DNA of 34,056 nucleotides from a virus (Duplodnaviria; Heunggongvirae; Uroviricota; Caudoviricetes): IMG/VR virus record IMGVR_UViG_2703718832_000004; one strand, 5' to 3'. Shown piece by piece: positions 26,133 to 34,056 of this stretch (position 1 is its first letter; each line of letters starts with the position of its first letter). The notes under the pieces were generated by a model. It saw only the letters and a program-made list of their open reading frames with translations, ran no database searches and was not told where the DNA came from. The position numbers and the translations under genes were made by a program.

Positions 26133-28598
26133 GTGGCCAGTGAATTTTCAGTCGGCGTCATTATTGGCGGCATTGTCGGGAGCAGCTTCCGCTCAGCCGT
26201 CAGTGGCACCCGACGCGCCCTTGATTCCCTGGGTGATACATCCCGACGCCTGCAGGAACGCCAGAACGCCTTAACCCGTGCAACTGAACGTTATGGCCAG
26301 TTAGGTTCTTCGCGGATGCAGCGCCTCAACAGTGAGCTGCTGCGGGTAAGCCGCACAATGGAGCAAATTGAACGCCAGCAGCGCCGTCTGTCAGCAGTAT
26401 CAGCCACCAGTGACGCGCTGAAAGCTAACCGCATGGCGCTCTATGGCCAGGGGGCAGAGACTTATGGTATCGCCCGAACGCTGGGCGCACCGGTCATGGC
26501 CTCTGTCAAACAATATTCATCGTTTGAATCCCAGTTACGCGATATCAGTGTCACCGGTGATCTGGATTCAACGCAGGAACAGGCCATCGGTACTGCCATT
26601 CGTCGGGCATCCCTGCAGGTCAATCAGCTCCAGGAATCTCTGTTGGGCGGTGTTGGTCAACTGGTTGCCGATGGCATGAATCCGCAGCAGGCAGCGACCT
26701 TTGCCGGGATGCTCGGTAAAGCGGCCACGGCCACCAAAGCGGATATGACTGACCTCGCAAAAATGACCTACGCCTTTAGCGATGCGCTGAAAATTACCGA
26801 TGCCAAAGAGCTGGAGCAGGCGTTTGGGATTGCGGCAACCGGGGCCAAGCTAGGCTCGTTTGAGCTGAAGGATATGGCGAAAGCGTTACCCGGTATGGCC
26901 AAAGCCTTCGCTGCACGTGGTATTTACGGCAAAGACGCCATAACCCAGATCGTCGCCAGCCTGGAAGTGGGTAAAGGCAGCGGCTCAGCGGAAGAGGCCG
27001 TCACCAATATGTCAAACTGGCTGGCGGCAATGGGACGCGGAGATACCACGCAGAAATACGCTAAGGCTGGCGTGGATTACCAGGGATCAATGCAAAATTA
27101 TGTAGCCCAGGGGTTCTCTCAATATGAAGCCTCCCTGATGATTGCCAACCGGTTTATCGACGGTAAAGGCAAGGCATTTGTGCAGCAATGGAAAGCGGCA
27201 GGCTCAAGAGGCGATCAGGAAGGCCAGCAGAAGCTGATGGAGTCCTTCGGACTGGCGGAAGTCTTTACCGATATCCAGACCGTGAACCATCTGCTGTCTA
27301 TGCGTCAGAGCTGGGATAAGTACCAATCTAACAAGCAGGAAATGAACACCCCCTCTGCAATGTCTACGCTGGACAAGGATGCAGCGAAACAAAATGATAC
27401 GCTCGAAGGACGTTGGCGCAGAACGCAGATTGGGTTTAACGACTCGGCCATTAGCATCGGAGAATCATTACGTCCGGCGTTGATCCAGTTGGGGGAAACA
27501 TTCATCCCCTTAATGAACAGCGTTGGAAAATGGATAGCGGCTAATCCGCAACTCGTGAGCGGTACAATTCAAGTGATTGGCGCATTACTTGCGTTCAAGA
27601 TGGCAACCATCGGCCTCAAGCTCGGGCTGAATCTCCTTATTTCTCCCTTTGTTAACGTCTGGAAAAATGCCGTGCTCCTGCGGGCCAACTGGCTTCGCCT
27701 GACGCTCGCGCTGGGTGAAGGCGGCAAACTTCGCTGGCTGGTGACCGGCTTCAGCGCCGTCGCCAGAGGCGCCAGAACACTGGGTGGTGTGCTGTCAGGT
27801 GGGCTGGTTCGCGGCATTATGATCGCCGGGCGTGCTGTTCTCTGGATTGGTCGGGCGTTGCTGATGAATCCCATTGGTCTTGCTATCACCGCCGTCGCGG
27901 CGGCGGCTTATCTTATTTATCGTAACTGGGGGACTGTCAGCAGTTGGTTCAAACAGCGCTGGGCTGACATTAAAGAGGCGTTTAACGGCGGTATCGTGGG
28001 GATTGGTAAGCTGCTGATTAACTGGTCGCCGGTTGGTCTGCTCTATAAAGCCTTTGCGGCTGCGCTGAAATATCTCGGCGTTGATCTGCCCGCGAAGTTC
28101 ACTGACTTCGGTGGCCATCTTATCGACGGGCTGATAAACGGCATCAAAAACAAATGGGAGTCGCTCAAAACCACCGTCACAGATATGGGCGACAGTGTCG
28201 GCGGCTGGTTCAAGGAAAAGCTGGGCATTCATTCGCCGAGCCGTGTGTTTATAGGCTTTGGTGACAACATCGCGCAGGGTGCCGCTATCGGCCTGCAGCG
28301 CACCACACCACTTGCTGCACTGGCCGGGCAGCGTCTGGCTACCGAAATGACACCGGATGTTCCCCGTATCCCGTCGCCGGAAATCATGGCTGCGGGATAT
28401 TCAGGCCGTGGCGCAGCTGCTTCTGGTGGCGGAGCGTCTGGCAGTATTCAGGTCAGCTTTAATCCTCAGTTTTTCCTCAATGGCAAAGAAACCGCAGCGC
28501 CAGCCGGACTGACCGGCGCACTGAATATGAGTCTGCATGAACTGGAGAAAATGCTGGAACGTCTGCTGGCTCAGAAACAACGTCGGGGGTACGAATAA
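26133..28598 (+). CDS. tail tape measure protein
   Basis: 821 aa, long alpha-helical and Gly/Ala-rich hydrophobic segments, directly after the chaperone pair; GTG start with AGAGGA RBS. Confidence 0.8.
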   Translation: MASEFSVGVIIGGIVGSSFRSAVSGTRRALDSLGDTSRRLQERQNALTRATERYGQLGSSRMQRLNSELLRVSRTMEQIERQQRRLSAVSATSDALKANRMALYGQGAETYGIARTLGAPVMASVKQYSSFESQLRDISVTGDLDSTQEQAIGTAIRRASLQVNQLQESLLGGVGQLVADGMNPQQAATFAGMLGKAATATKADMTDLAKMTYAFSDALKITDAKELEQAFGIAATGAKLGSFELKDMAKALPGMAKAFAARGIYGKDAITQIVASLEVGKGSGSAEEAVTNMSNWLAAMGRGDTTQKYAKAGVDYQGSMQNYVAQGFSQYEASLMIANRFIDGKGKAFVQQWKAAGSRGDQEGQQKLMESFGLAEVFTDIQTVNHLLSMRQSWDKYQSNKQEMNTPSAMSTLDKDAAKQNDTLEGRWRRTQIGFNDSAISIGESLRPALIQLGETFIPLMNSVGKWIAANPQLVSGTIQVIGALLAFKMATIGLKLGLNLLISPFVNVWKNAVLLRANWLRLTLALGEGGKLRWLVTGFSAVARGARTLGGVLSGGLVRGIMIAGRAVLWIGRALLMNPIGLAITAVAAAAYLIYRNWGTVSSWFKQRWADIKEAFNGGIVGIGKLLINWSPVGLLYKAFAAALKYLGVDLPAKFTDFGGHLIDGLINGIKNKWESLKTTVTDMGDSVGGWFKEKLGIHSPSRVFIGFGDNIAQGAAIGLQRTTPLAALAGQRLATEMTPDVPRIPSPEIMAAGYSGRGAAASGGGASGSIQVSFNPQFFLNGKETAAPAGLTGALNMSLHELEKMLERLLAQKQRRGYE

Positions 28599-29482
28599 TG
28601 TTTGCGGTACTGGGTGATATTGAGTTTGAACTGATTACTTACTGGGACGGTTTCGAGGCAACGTTCGGCGTCGATTATGCCGAACATGCCCGCATCGAGG
28701 GTAAGCCCGGCCTGCAGTTCGTCGGCGATAAGCTGGACGAAATCCAGATAAGCCTGGTCTTCCATCAGCATTATTGTGTGCCCGACGTGGAGCTGGCGAG
28801 ACTGAGAACGGCCATGAAAGCCCATCAGGCGCTGGCGCTGGTTTTCGGCAACGGTGACTATCGCGGCTGGTTCGTGATTACCGACGTGACCGCGACCAGC
28901 GAGCAGACCGACAGCACCGGCAACGTGCTGGCCGTTAATGCCACCGCGTCTCTCCGGGAGTACATTGGCGACCCGAAAAACCCGCTGCAGCCGCCTGCAA
29001 TACGCACCCAGGTACCCGGTGTCGGGGCGGTCTCCGGTGCCGTTCCTTCACCTTCCGGGGTAGCGCAGTACGTCCGTGACGGCGTGAACTACGCCAAACA
29101 GGCGCAGTCTGTTCTCCAGACTACTATCAGTGCCGTTCGGGTGGCGCAGAAAATGAAGGATAACCCCGCCGTTGCACTGACCCGTGTACCGGGGCTGATG
29201 AGCGGGCTGGGCAATGTATCCGGGGCGTTAGGCCAGAGCGTTCCGGCGTTTAATGCACTCTCTGAATCCATGCCTGATGCCATCATTCTGGCCAGAGCCA
29301 CCAGTGATGCGGCCACGTATGTACAACAGGCACAGTCTTCGCTGAGCGGCGTGGACGGCAGCAATATCGCAGCGGCGCTGGATGCCGTTTCCGGGCAGCT
29401 TAACTCCGCCAGCACCACGTTCACCCGGATGTCGCCGGGGTTAAGCACCATGGCAGCTAAAATTCTGGCGAGGAGTGTGTGA
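28598..29482 (+). CDS. tail protein following the tape measure (P2 gpU-like / Mu N position) with Ala/Ser-rich C-terminal extension
   Basis: 294 aa; N-terminal region with GDYRGWFVITDV resembles the gpU-type tail proteins I recall; family assignment unverified. Confidence 0.5.
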   Translation: MFAVLGDIEFELITYWDGFEATFGVDYAEHARIEGKPGLQFVGDKLDEIQISLVFHQHYCVPDVELARLRTAMKAHQALALVFGNGDYRGWFVITDVTATSEQTDSTGNVLAVNATASLREYIGDPKNPLQPPAIRTQVPGVGAVSGAVPSPSGVAQYVRDGVNYAKQAQSVLQTTISAVRVAQKMKDNPAVALTRVPGLMSGLGNVSGALGQSVPAFNALSESMPDAIILARATSDAATYVQQAQSSLSGVDGSNIAAALDAVSGQLNSASTTFTRMSPGLSTMAAKILARSV

Positions 29483-29694
29483 TGTTTCTTGAACATGTCA
29501 CCCGTGACGGAGAGCGCTGGGATTCTCTGGCATGGCAGTACTACGGCGACCCGCTGGGCTATCCCCGGATAATTGCCGCCAATCCGCACGTGGCCATTAC
29601 GCCGGTGCTGCCCTCCGGGTTGTTGTTACTGATCCCGGTGATCGAGGCTGAAGAAGCCACCACAGAAGAGGATATTGCCCCATGGCTGAGATAA
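29482..29694 (+). CDS. tail protein X-like (small LysM-like tail protein)
   Basis: About 70 aa; pattern WDSLAWQYYGDPLGYPRIIAANPHV resembles P2 gpX; ATG 29482 overlaps the upstream stop. Confidence 0.55.
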   Translation: MFLEHVTRDGERWDSLAWQYYGDPLGYPRIIAANPHVAITPVLPSGLLLLIPVIEAEEATTEEDIAPWLR

Positions 29695-30851
29695 ACAGCA
29701 CGGCACAGGCCGCATCAGCGTTAACCGGCCTCAGCGATGTTCTGAGTCCGGTGTTCACGCTGTGGTATCTGCAGAAGAACATCACCACCGATATCGCCCC
29801 CTATGTCACCCGCGTGACCTACAGCGATAACATCAAAAGCGAGTCCGATACCATTGAGGTGGAGCTGGACGACACCGATGGCCGCTGGCTGGATAAGTGG
29901 TATCCGGGCAAGGGGGACACGCTGACGCTGAAAATGGGCTATCAGGGCGAGAAGCTGCTGTCCTGCGGTACGTTCTCGATAGACGAGATCGAGGTGAGTT
30001 CGCCCGCGTCCGTTGTCGCTATCCGGGGTGTGGCCACTTCGGTCAACAACGCTCTGCGGACTAAATCCAGTCGTGGTTTCGAGAGCACCACGCTGGCGGC
30101 CATCGCAGGGCGGATTGCCAAAAAGCATCAGCTGAAGCTGGTTGGTAGTATTGAGTCCATCAAAATTGACCGGGTGACCCAGTACGCTGAAACGGACGTG
30201 GGCTTCCTGCGTCGGCTGGCCAGCGAGTATGGCTATGCCGTAAAAGTTGTCAGCGACCAGCTGATTTTCTCTCATCTGGCCACGCTGCGCGGTCAGGAGC
30301 CGGTAAAACAGTTGAAGCCACAGGATGTGGCCAGTTTTTCCCTGCGTGACACCATCAACCGCGTCTACAAATCCGCAAAGGTAAAACACCAGAAGAGTAG
30401 CGATAAAAAGCTGATCGTCTACGAAGCTGATGGCGGCACCAGCGAAAGCGACAAACAAACCAAAGGCGGTAAGGTCACCAGTGCCGACTCACTGAAGGTC
30501 AACAGCCGCGTCAGTGACCCGGACAGCGCCCGGATTAAAGCAGATTCGGCGCTGGCCAGACATAACGAATACCAGCAGAACGGCTCCCTGACGCTGATGG
30601 GGACGCCCCAGTTGACTGCAGGCAACAAAATTGAACTGGTGGGCTTTGGTCAGTTATCCGGGCCATGGCTGATAACCACTGCCCGCCATGCATTTGACCG
30701 TAACAGCGGCTACATCACCGAACTGGAGGTGGCACGAGGGCCGGTCACGCAGGGCAAGGCGAAGAAAGGTAAAAAGACCGGCAAAACCCAGACGCTGACC
30801 GTCTATAAACCGGACGGCAGCACCTCCACGGTAATAAAGGAGAAGAAATAA
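29682..30851 (+). CDS. baseplate hub / late control gene D-like tail protein (P2 gpD, Mu P equivalent)
   Basis: 389 aa, size and position typical of gpD family. Confidence 0.65.
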   Translation: MAEINSTAQAASALTGLSDVLSPVFTLWYLQKNITTDIAPYVTRVTYSDNIKSESDTIEVELDDTDGRWLDKWYPGKGDTLTLKMGYQGEKLLSCGTFSIDEIEVSSPASVVAIRGVATSVNNALRTKSSRGFESTTLAAIAGRIAKKHQLKLVGSIESIKIDRVTQYAETDVGFLRRLASEYGYAVKVVSDQLIFSHLATLRGQEPVKQLKPQDVASFSLRDTINRVYKSAKVKHQKSSDKKLIVYEADGGTSESDKQTKGGKVTSADSLKVNSRVSDPDSARIKADSALARHNEYQQNGSLTLMGTPQLTAGNKIELVGFGQLSGPWLITTARHAFDRNSGYITELEVARGPVTQGKAKKGKKTGKTQTLTVYKPDGSTSTVIKEKK

Positions 30852-31363
30852 TGGCATGTGTCACCCGTCAGGTCGGTACAGTCAGCGCCGTCGATGCCGA
30901 CAAGGTTCAGGCCCGAGTTCGTTTGCCGGAATGCGATAACCTGCGCACTAACTGGCTTAACGTGCTGCAGCGCAATACCCAAGATAACAAGGATTACTGG
31001 CTCCCTGACGTGGGGGAGCAGGTTGAGGTGCTGCTCGATGCCAACGGCGAGGATGGTGTCATTCTGGGCGCGGTGTACTCAGACGTCGATAAACCACCGT
31101 TCAGCGACAAAAATGTCCGGGGCACAAAATACGCTGATGGTGCTGAGTTCAGCTATAACCGCGCGACCCATACGCTGACGGTTAAAGGCGGTATCGAGCA
31201 TGTGGTGATCGAGGTTGCGGTGGGTATCAGCCTGAAGGGGAAAACCATTGATTTGACCGCTGACACCACCACGGTGAACGGCGACCTTGAAATCAACGGC
31301 AATGCCCACTCGACAGGCAGCATGCTCTCTGACGGCCAGAACTCCAATCATCACTCCCACTGA
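30851..31363 (+). CDS. baseplate spike protein (P2 gpV-like)
   Basis: 170 aa; size and position typical of gpV. Confidence 0.65.
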   Translation: MACVTRQVGTVSAVDADKVQARVRLPECDNLRTNWLNVLQRNTQDNKDYWLPDVGEQVEVLLDANGEDGVILGAVYSDVDKPPFSDKNVRGTKYADGAEFSYNRATHTLTVKGGIEHVVIEVAVGISLKGKTIDLTADTTTVNGDLEINGNAHSTGSMLSDGQNSNHHSH

Positions 31364-31373
31364 CCTTCTTAAA

Positions 31374-31399
31374 CGCCTTTAATATCGGCGTTCCCGCAC
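31374..31399 (+). promoter_or_regulatory. conserved late-operon motif copy 3 (CGCCTTTAATATCGGCGTTCCCGCAC) upstream of gpW-like gene
   Basis: Core CTTTAATATCGG at 31377; followed by hairpin CACAGGGGC-AATACT-GCCCCC (31398..31417) whose stem matches the terminator stem at 25528. Confidence 0.5.
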
Positions 31400-31417
31400 A
31401 GGGGCAATACTGCCCCC

Positions 31418-31765
31418 ATGAAAACAACTTCCGTATTCTGGCAACCGGCCCTGCAGGCTCCCGGCGAAATCGTCCGGGGGCTGGATGATATCTGGCAGGC
31501 CATTCAAATCATCCTGCGTACTCCTCGCGGCAGCGACCCGCATCGCCCGGAGTTCGGCAGCAATCTGCACCTTTATATCGACTGGCCTGTTGACCGCGCT
31601 ATTCCGCATGTGGTGCGCGAATCCGTCGATGCCATCCGCCGCTGGGAGCCTCGCTGCCAGCTTATGTCGGTCAAACCCGCCGTCGACGGTGAACATCTTA
31701 CGCTCCGGGTGAGCTGGAAAGGCTCTGACGGACAATCCCGGACTCAGGAGCTTTTATGGCGCTGA
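31418..31765 (+). CDS. baseplate wedge protein (P2 gpW / gp25-like)
   Basis: 115 aa; LDDIWQAIQIILRTPRGS matches the conserved N-terminal region I recall for gpW proteins. Confidence 0.7.
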   Translation: MKTTSVFWQPALQAPGEIVRGLDDIWQAIQIILRTPRGSDPHRPEFGSNLHLYIDWPVDRAIPHVVRESVDAIRRWEPRCQLMSVKPAVDGEHLTLRVSWKGSDGQSRTQELLWR

Positions 31766-32859
31766 CAGAACCCGATTTTATTGAACGTGATGCCGACAAA
31801 ATCACGGCTGAAATGATTGCTCAGTACGAAGCCGCAACCGGTAAAACGCTGTACCCCGCTCAGGCTGAACGCCTGTTGATTGACCTGTGGGCATACCGCG
31901 AAATGCTGGTCAGGGTAGCGGCGCAGGAAGCGGCCAAACAGAATCTGGTCGCCTTTGCCCGTGAGCCGATGATTGATTACCTCGGTGAACTGGTCGGTGT
32001 TTACCGCCTTGCCGCGCAGCCTGCCACCACCACTCTCCAGTTCTCCGTGGATGAGGCACTGGCCATTGATGTGCTGATTCCGGCAGGCACCCGCGTCAGC
32101 GCTTCCGACAGCATTATTTTTGCCACCGATACGGACGTGGTACTGAAAGCCGGATTGCTGCTGGTCAATGCCACGGCCACCTGTACCGAGCCGGGAGCCG
32201 CTGGCAACGGCTGGCAGCCTGCGCAGGTCAGTCAGTTGCTCGATGAAATTGATAACGTCGACCTGCAGGTGACCAATCTGGCGGCCAGTTCTGGCGGTTC
32301 AGAGCAGGAAGACAATGACAGGCTCCGCGAGCGTATCAAACTTGCCCCGGAGTCATTCACCAACGCCGGAAGCCGTATGGCATACCGCTTTCATGCCATG
32401 CAGGCCCATCCCAACATTGTCGATGTTGCGGTGCTTTCCCCGGTTCCCGGCACTGTAGAACTGTATCCGCTGCTTAGCACCGGCCTGCCGGACGACAGCA
32501 TCCTCACGCTGGTAGAGAGTTTCTGCTCGGACGAAAAAGTCAGGCCGCTCACTGATACCGTGCGGGCTAAAACACCTGTGCAGGTGGATTACGCCATTGA
32601 AGCCAACATCACTATCTATCGTGATCAAGATGCCAACTCGATAAAGGACAGCGCCAACAGCGCCATACAGAACTGGGTGGCGTCCCGTACCGCCACGCTG
32701 GGACGCGATATTGTCCCCAGTCAGATTATCAGCGTGCTGTCCGTTGCCGGAGTGTATCAGGTCGAACTGGTGACACCGGTGCTGAAAGTGGTGGCAGAAA
32801 ATGAATGGGCGAACTGTACGGCGATCACTCTTAACATGACCGGGGTGTCCGATGGCTGA
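31756..32859 (+). CDS. baseplate protein J-like
   Basis: 367 aa immediately after the gpW-like gene; conserved W-J-I order. Confidence 0.7.
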   Translation: MALTEPDFIERDADKITAEMIAQYEAATGKTLYPAQAERLLIDLWAYREMLVRVAAQEAAKQNLVAFAREPMIDYLGELVGVYRLAAQPATTTLQFSVDEALAIDVLIPAGTRVSASDSIIFATDTDVVLKAGLLLVNATATCTEPGAAGNGWQPAQVSQLLDEIDNVDLQVTNLAASSGGSEQEDNDRLRERIKLAPESFTNAGSRMAYRFHAMQAHPNIVDVAVLSPVPGTVELYPLLSTGLPDDSILTLVESFCSDEKVRPLTDTVRAKTPVQVDYAIEANITIYRDQDANSIKDSANSAIQNWVASRTATLGRDIVPSQIISVLSVAGVYQVELVTPVLKVVAENEWANCTAITLNMTGVSDG

Positions 32860-33430
32860 GCCGCTACAACTCCCGCCGCCGCTTGAGGGTGATATCAGTC
32901 TCAGAACGCTGGGAAGACTGGCCGGGCGGCTGGATAACATCGACCTGAGCGTACTGATGGTCTATCTCGTCGATATCGTCGACAGTTCCGCGCTGCCATG
33001 GCTGGGAGAGCAGTTCTCACTGTTCGGCGATGGGTGGGAGCTGGCGGAATCGGACGATGTACGCCGCATGCTTATCAAATCCGCTATCGAGCTGCACCGC
33101 TACAAAGGGACGCCGTGGTCAATCCGGGAAATTATCCGCCGCTTCGGCTTCGGCGAAGTGGATCTGATTGAAGGCACTGGCCAGATCGGCTACGACGGCA
33201 AACACACTTACAACGGGCTTTTCGTCCATGGCGATGCGGAAGCCTGGGCGGTCTATCGCGTCATCCTTCAACAGCCCATTACTAACGATCAGGCGGCACT
33301 GTTACGTAAGACGCTCGCTGCTTTTGCTCCGGCCCGCTGCCATCTGGCGAGCCTGGAGTATCAGTCTGTCGCCATTCGCTACAACAACACCGTCAACTAT
33401 GACGGTAGCTATAACCACGGGAGCAGTTAA
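32852..33430 (+). CDS. tail protein I-like (P2 gpI)
   Basis: 192 aa following the J-like gene and preceding the tail fibre gene. Confidence 0.6.
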   Translation: MAEPLQLPPPLEGDISLRTLGRLAGRLDNIDLSVLMVYLVDIVDSSALPWLGEQFSLFGDGWELAESDDVRRMLIKSAIELHRYKGTPWSIREIIRRFGFGEVDLIEGTGQIGYDGKHTYNGLFVHGDAEAWAVYRVILQQPITNDQAALLRKTLAAFAPARCHLASLEYQSVAIRYNNTVNYDGSYNHGSS

Positions 33431-33432
33431 TT

Positions 33433-34056
33433 ATGGCAAACCTACCTGAAACCCCGCAGTGGGAAGAAGGCATCTACCAGATTGAGGTCTCTGACCCCGT
33501 TCTGGGTGGGCCTGACGGAATTTCTAACCGTCAGGCTAAGCAACTGGCCAAACGAACGTCGTACCTGAAACAGCAGGTGGAGAAAGGCGATAAAGGTCTG
33601 GCGGACCATATTGCCGCGCCGGACCCGCATCCCCAGTATGCACCGAAGGAAAGCCCTGCGCTAACTGGCACACCTACCGCACCAACGGCGGTAAAAACCG
33701 ATAACAGCACCAAACTGGCCACCACCGCGCATGTCAAAACGGTGGTCGCCGATTATGCTCCGCTGGCCAGTCCGGGATTAACCGGTAAGCCGACAGCGCC
33801 AACTGCAGCGCAGACAGCCAATGACACACAGCTGGCCAACACAGCATTTGTTAAAGCTGCCATTGCGGCGCTGGTTGCATCTTCCCCAGAGGCGCTCGAT
33901 ACGCTGAACGAACTGGCGGCGGCTTTGGGTAATGATCCAAACTTCGCCACCACCATGACAAACGCGCTGGCGGGCAAGCAACCGCTGGACAATACGCTTA
34001 CCGAATTGTCTGGAAAGTCCGTGGCAGCGCTTCTCAATTACCTTGGTTTGAAAGAA
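33433..34056 (+). CDS. tail fibre protein, N-terminal part (truncated by window end)
   Basis: Open frame from ATG 33433 to the last base with no stop; contains two tandem copies of a phage-fibre repeat (PALTGTPTAPTAVKTDNSTKLATTAHVKTVV and PGLTGKPTAPTAAQTANDTQLANTAFVKAAI); position after gpI as in P2 H / Mu S. Confidence 0.7.
   Translation, partial: MANLPETPQWEEGIYQIEVSDPVLGGPDGISNRQAKQLAKRTSYLKQQVEKGDKGLADHIAAPDPHPQYAPKESPALTGTPTAPTAVKTDNSTKLATTAHVKTVVADYAPLASPGLTGKPTAPTAAQTANDTQLANTAFVKAAIAALVASSPEALDTLNELAAALGNDPNFATTMTNALAGKQPLDNTLTELSGKSVAALLNYLGLKE

Noticed and set aside
29721-30458. 245-aa minus-strand ORF inside the gpD-like tail gene
   Set aside because: Antisense to a conserved tail gene; no independent support.
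32353-32940. 195-aa minus-strand ORF inside the baseplate J-like gene
   Set aside because: Antisense to a conserved baseplate gene; no independent support.

Overview
The window holds one host-like gene (a YafK-type L,D-transpeptidase, 1..741, minus strand), a short junction (about 742..1504), and then about 32.5 kb of a Mu-like transposable prophage that runs past the right edge of the window. All calls come from reading the supplied ORF translations and the DNA by eye; no database search or computation was possible, so family names are recalled motif-level assignments. The prophage has two divergent arms. The early arm is on the minus strand (about 9057 down to 1505): Ner-like regulator, winged-helix protein, DDE transposase, AAA+ transposition ATPase, several small early proteins including a MazG-like protein, GemA-like and Mor/C-family activator. 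A c-type repressor gene on the plus strand (9147..9557) faces it across an operator-like region. Next comes an AT-richer accessory stretch (9593..11908) with a lipoprotein, an orphan Dam methylase and two overlapping convergent genes of unknown function. The plus-strand late arm follows (12040 to window end): holin, SLT endolysin, Rz with embedded Rz1, Mu-type terminase, portal, head genes, then a P2/Mu-type contractile tail ending in a truncated tail fibre gene. No tyrosine integrase, tRNA, rRNA or CRISPR array was seen. The observations most worth follow-up are the accessory stretch next to the immunity gene, and a conserved motif (consensus CTTTAAWATCSG) found upstream of three late transcription units with nearly identical hairpins beside two of them. 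Other points are a probable +1 frameshift in the tail chaperone gene, a 36-bp near-palindrome between the head genes, and tandem repeats at the host junction. The right prophage end lies outside the window, so the exact boundaries and target-site duplication cannot be determined.
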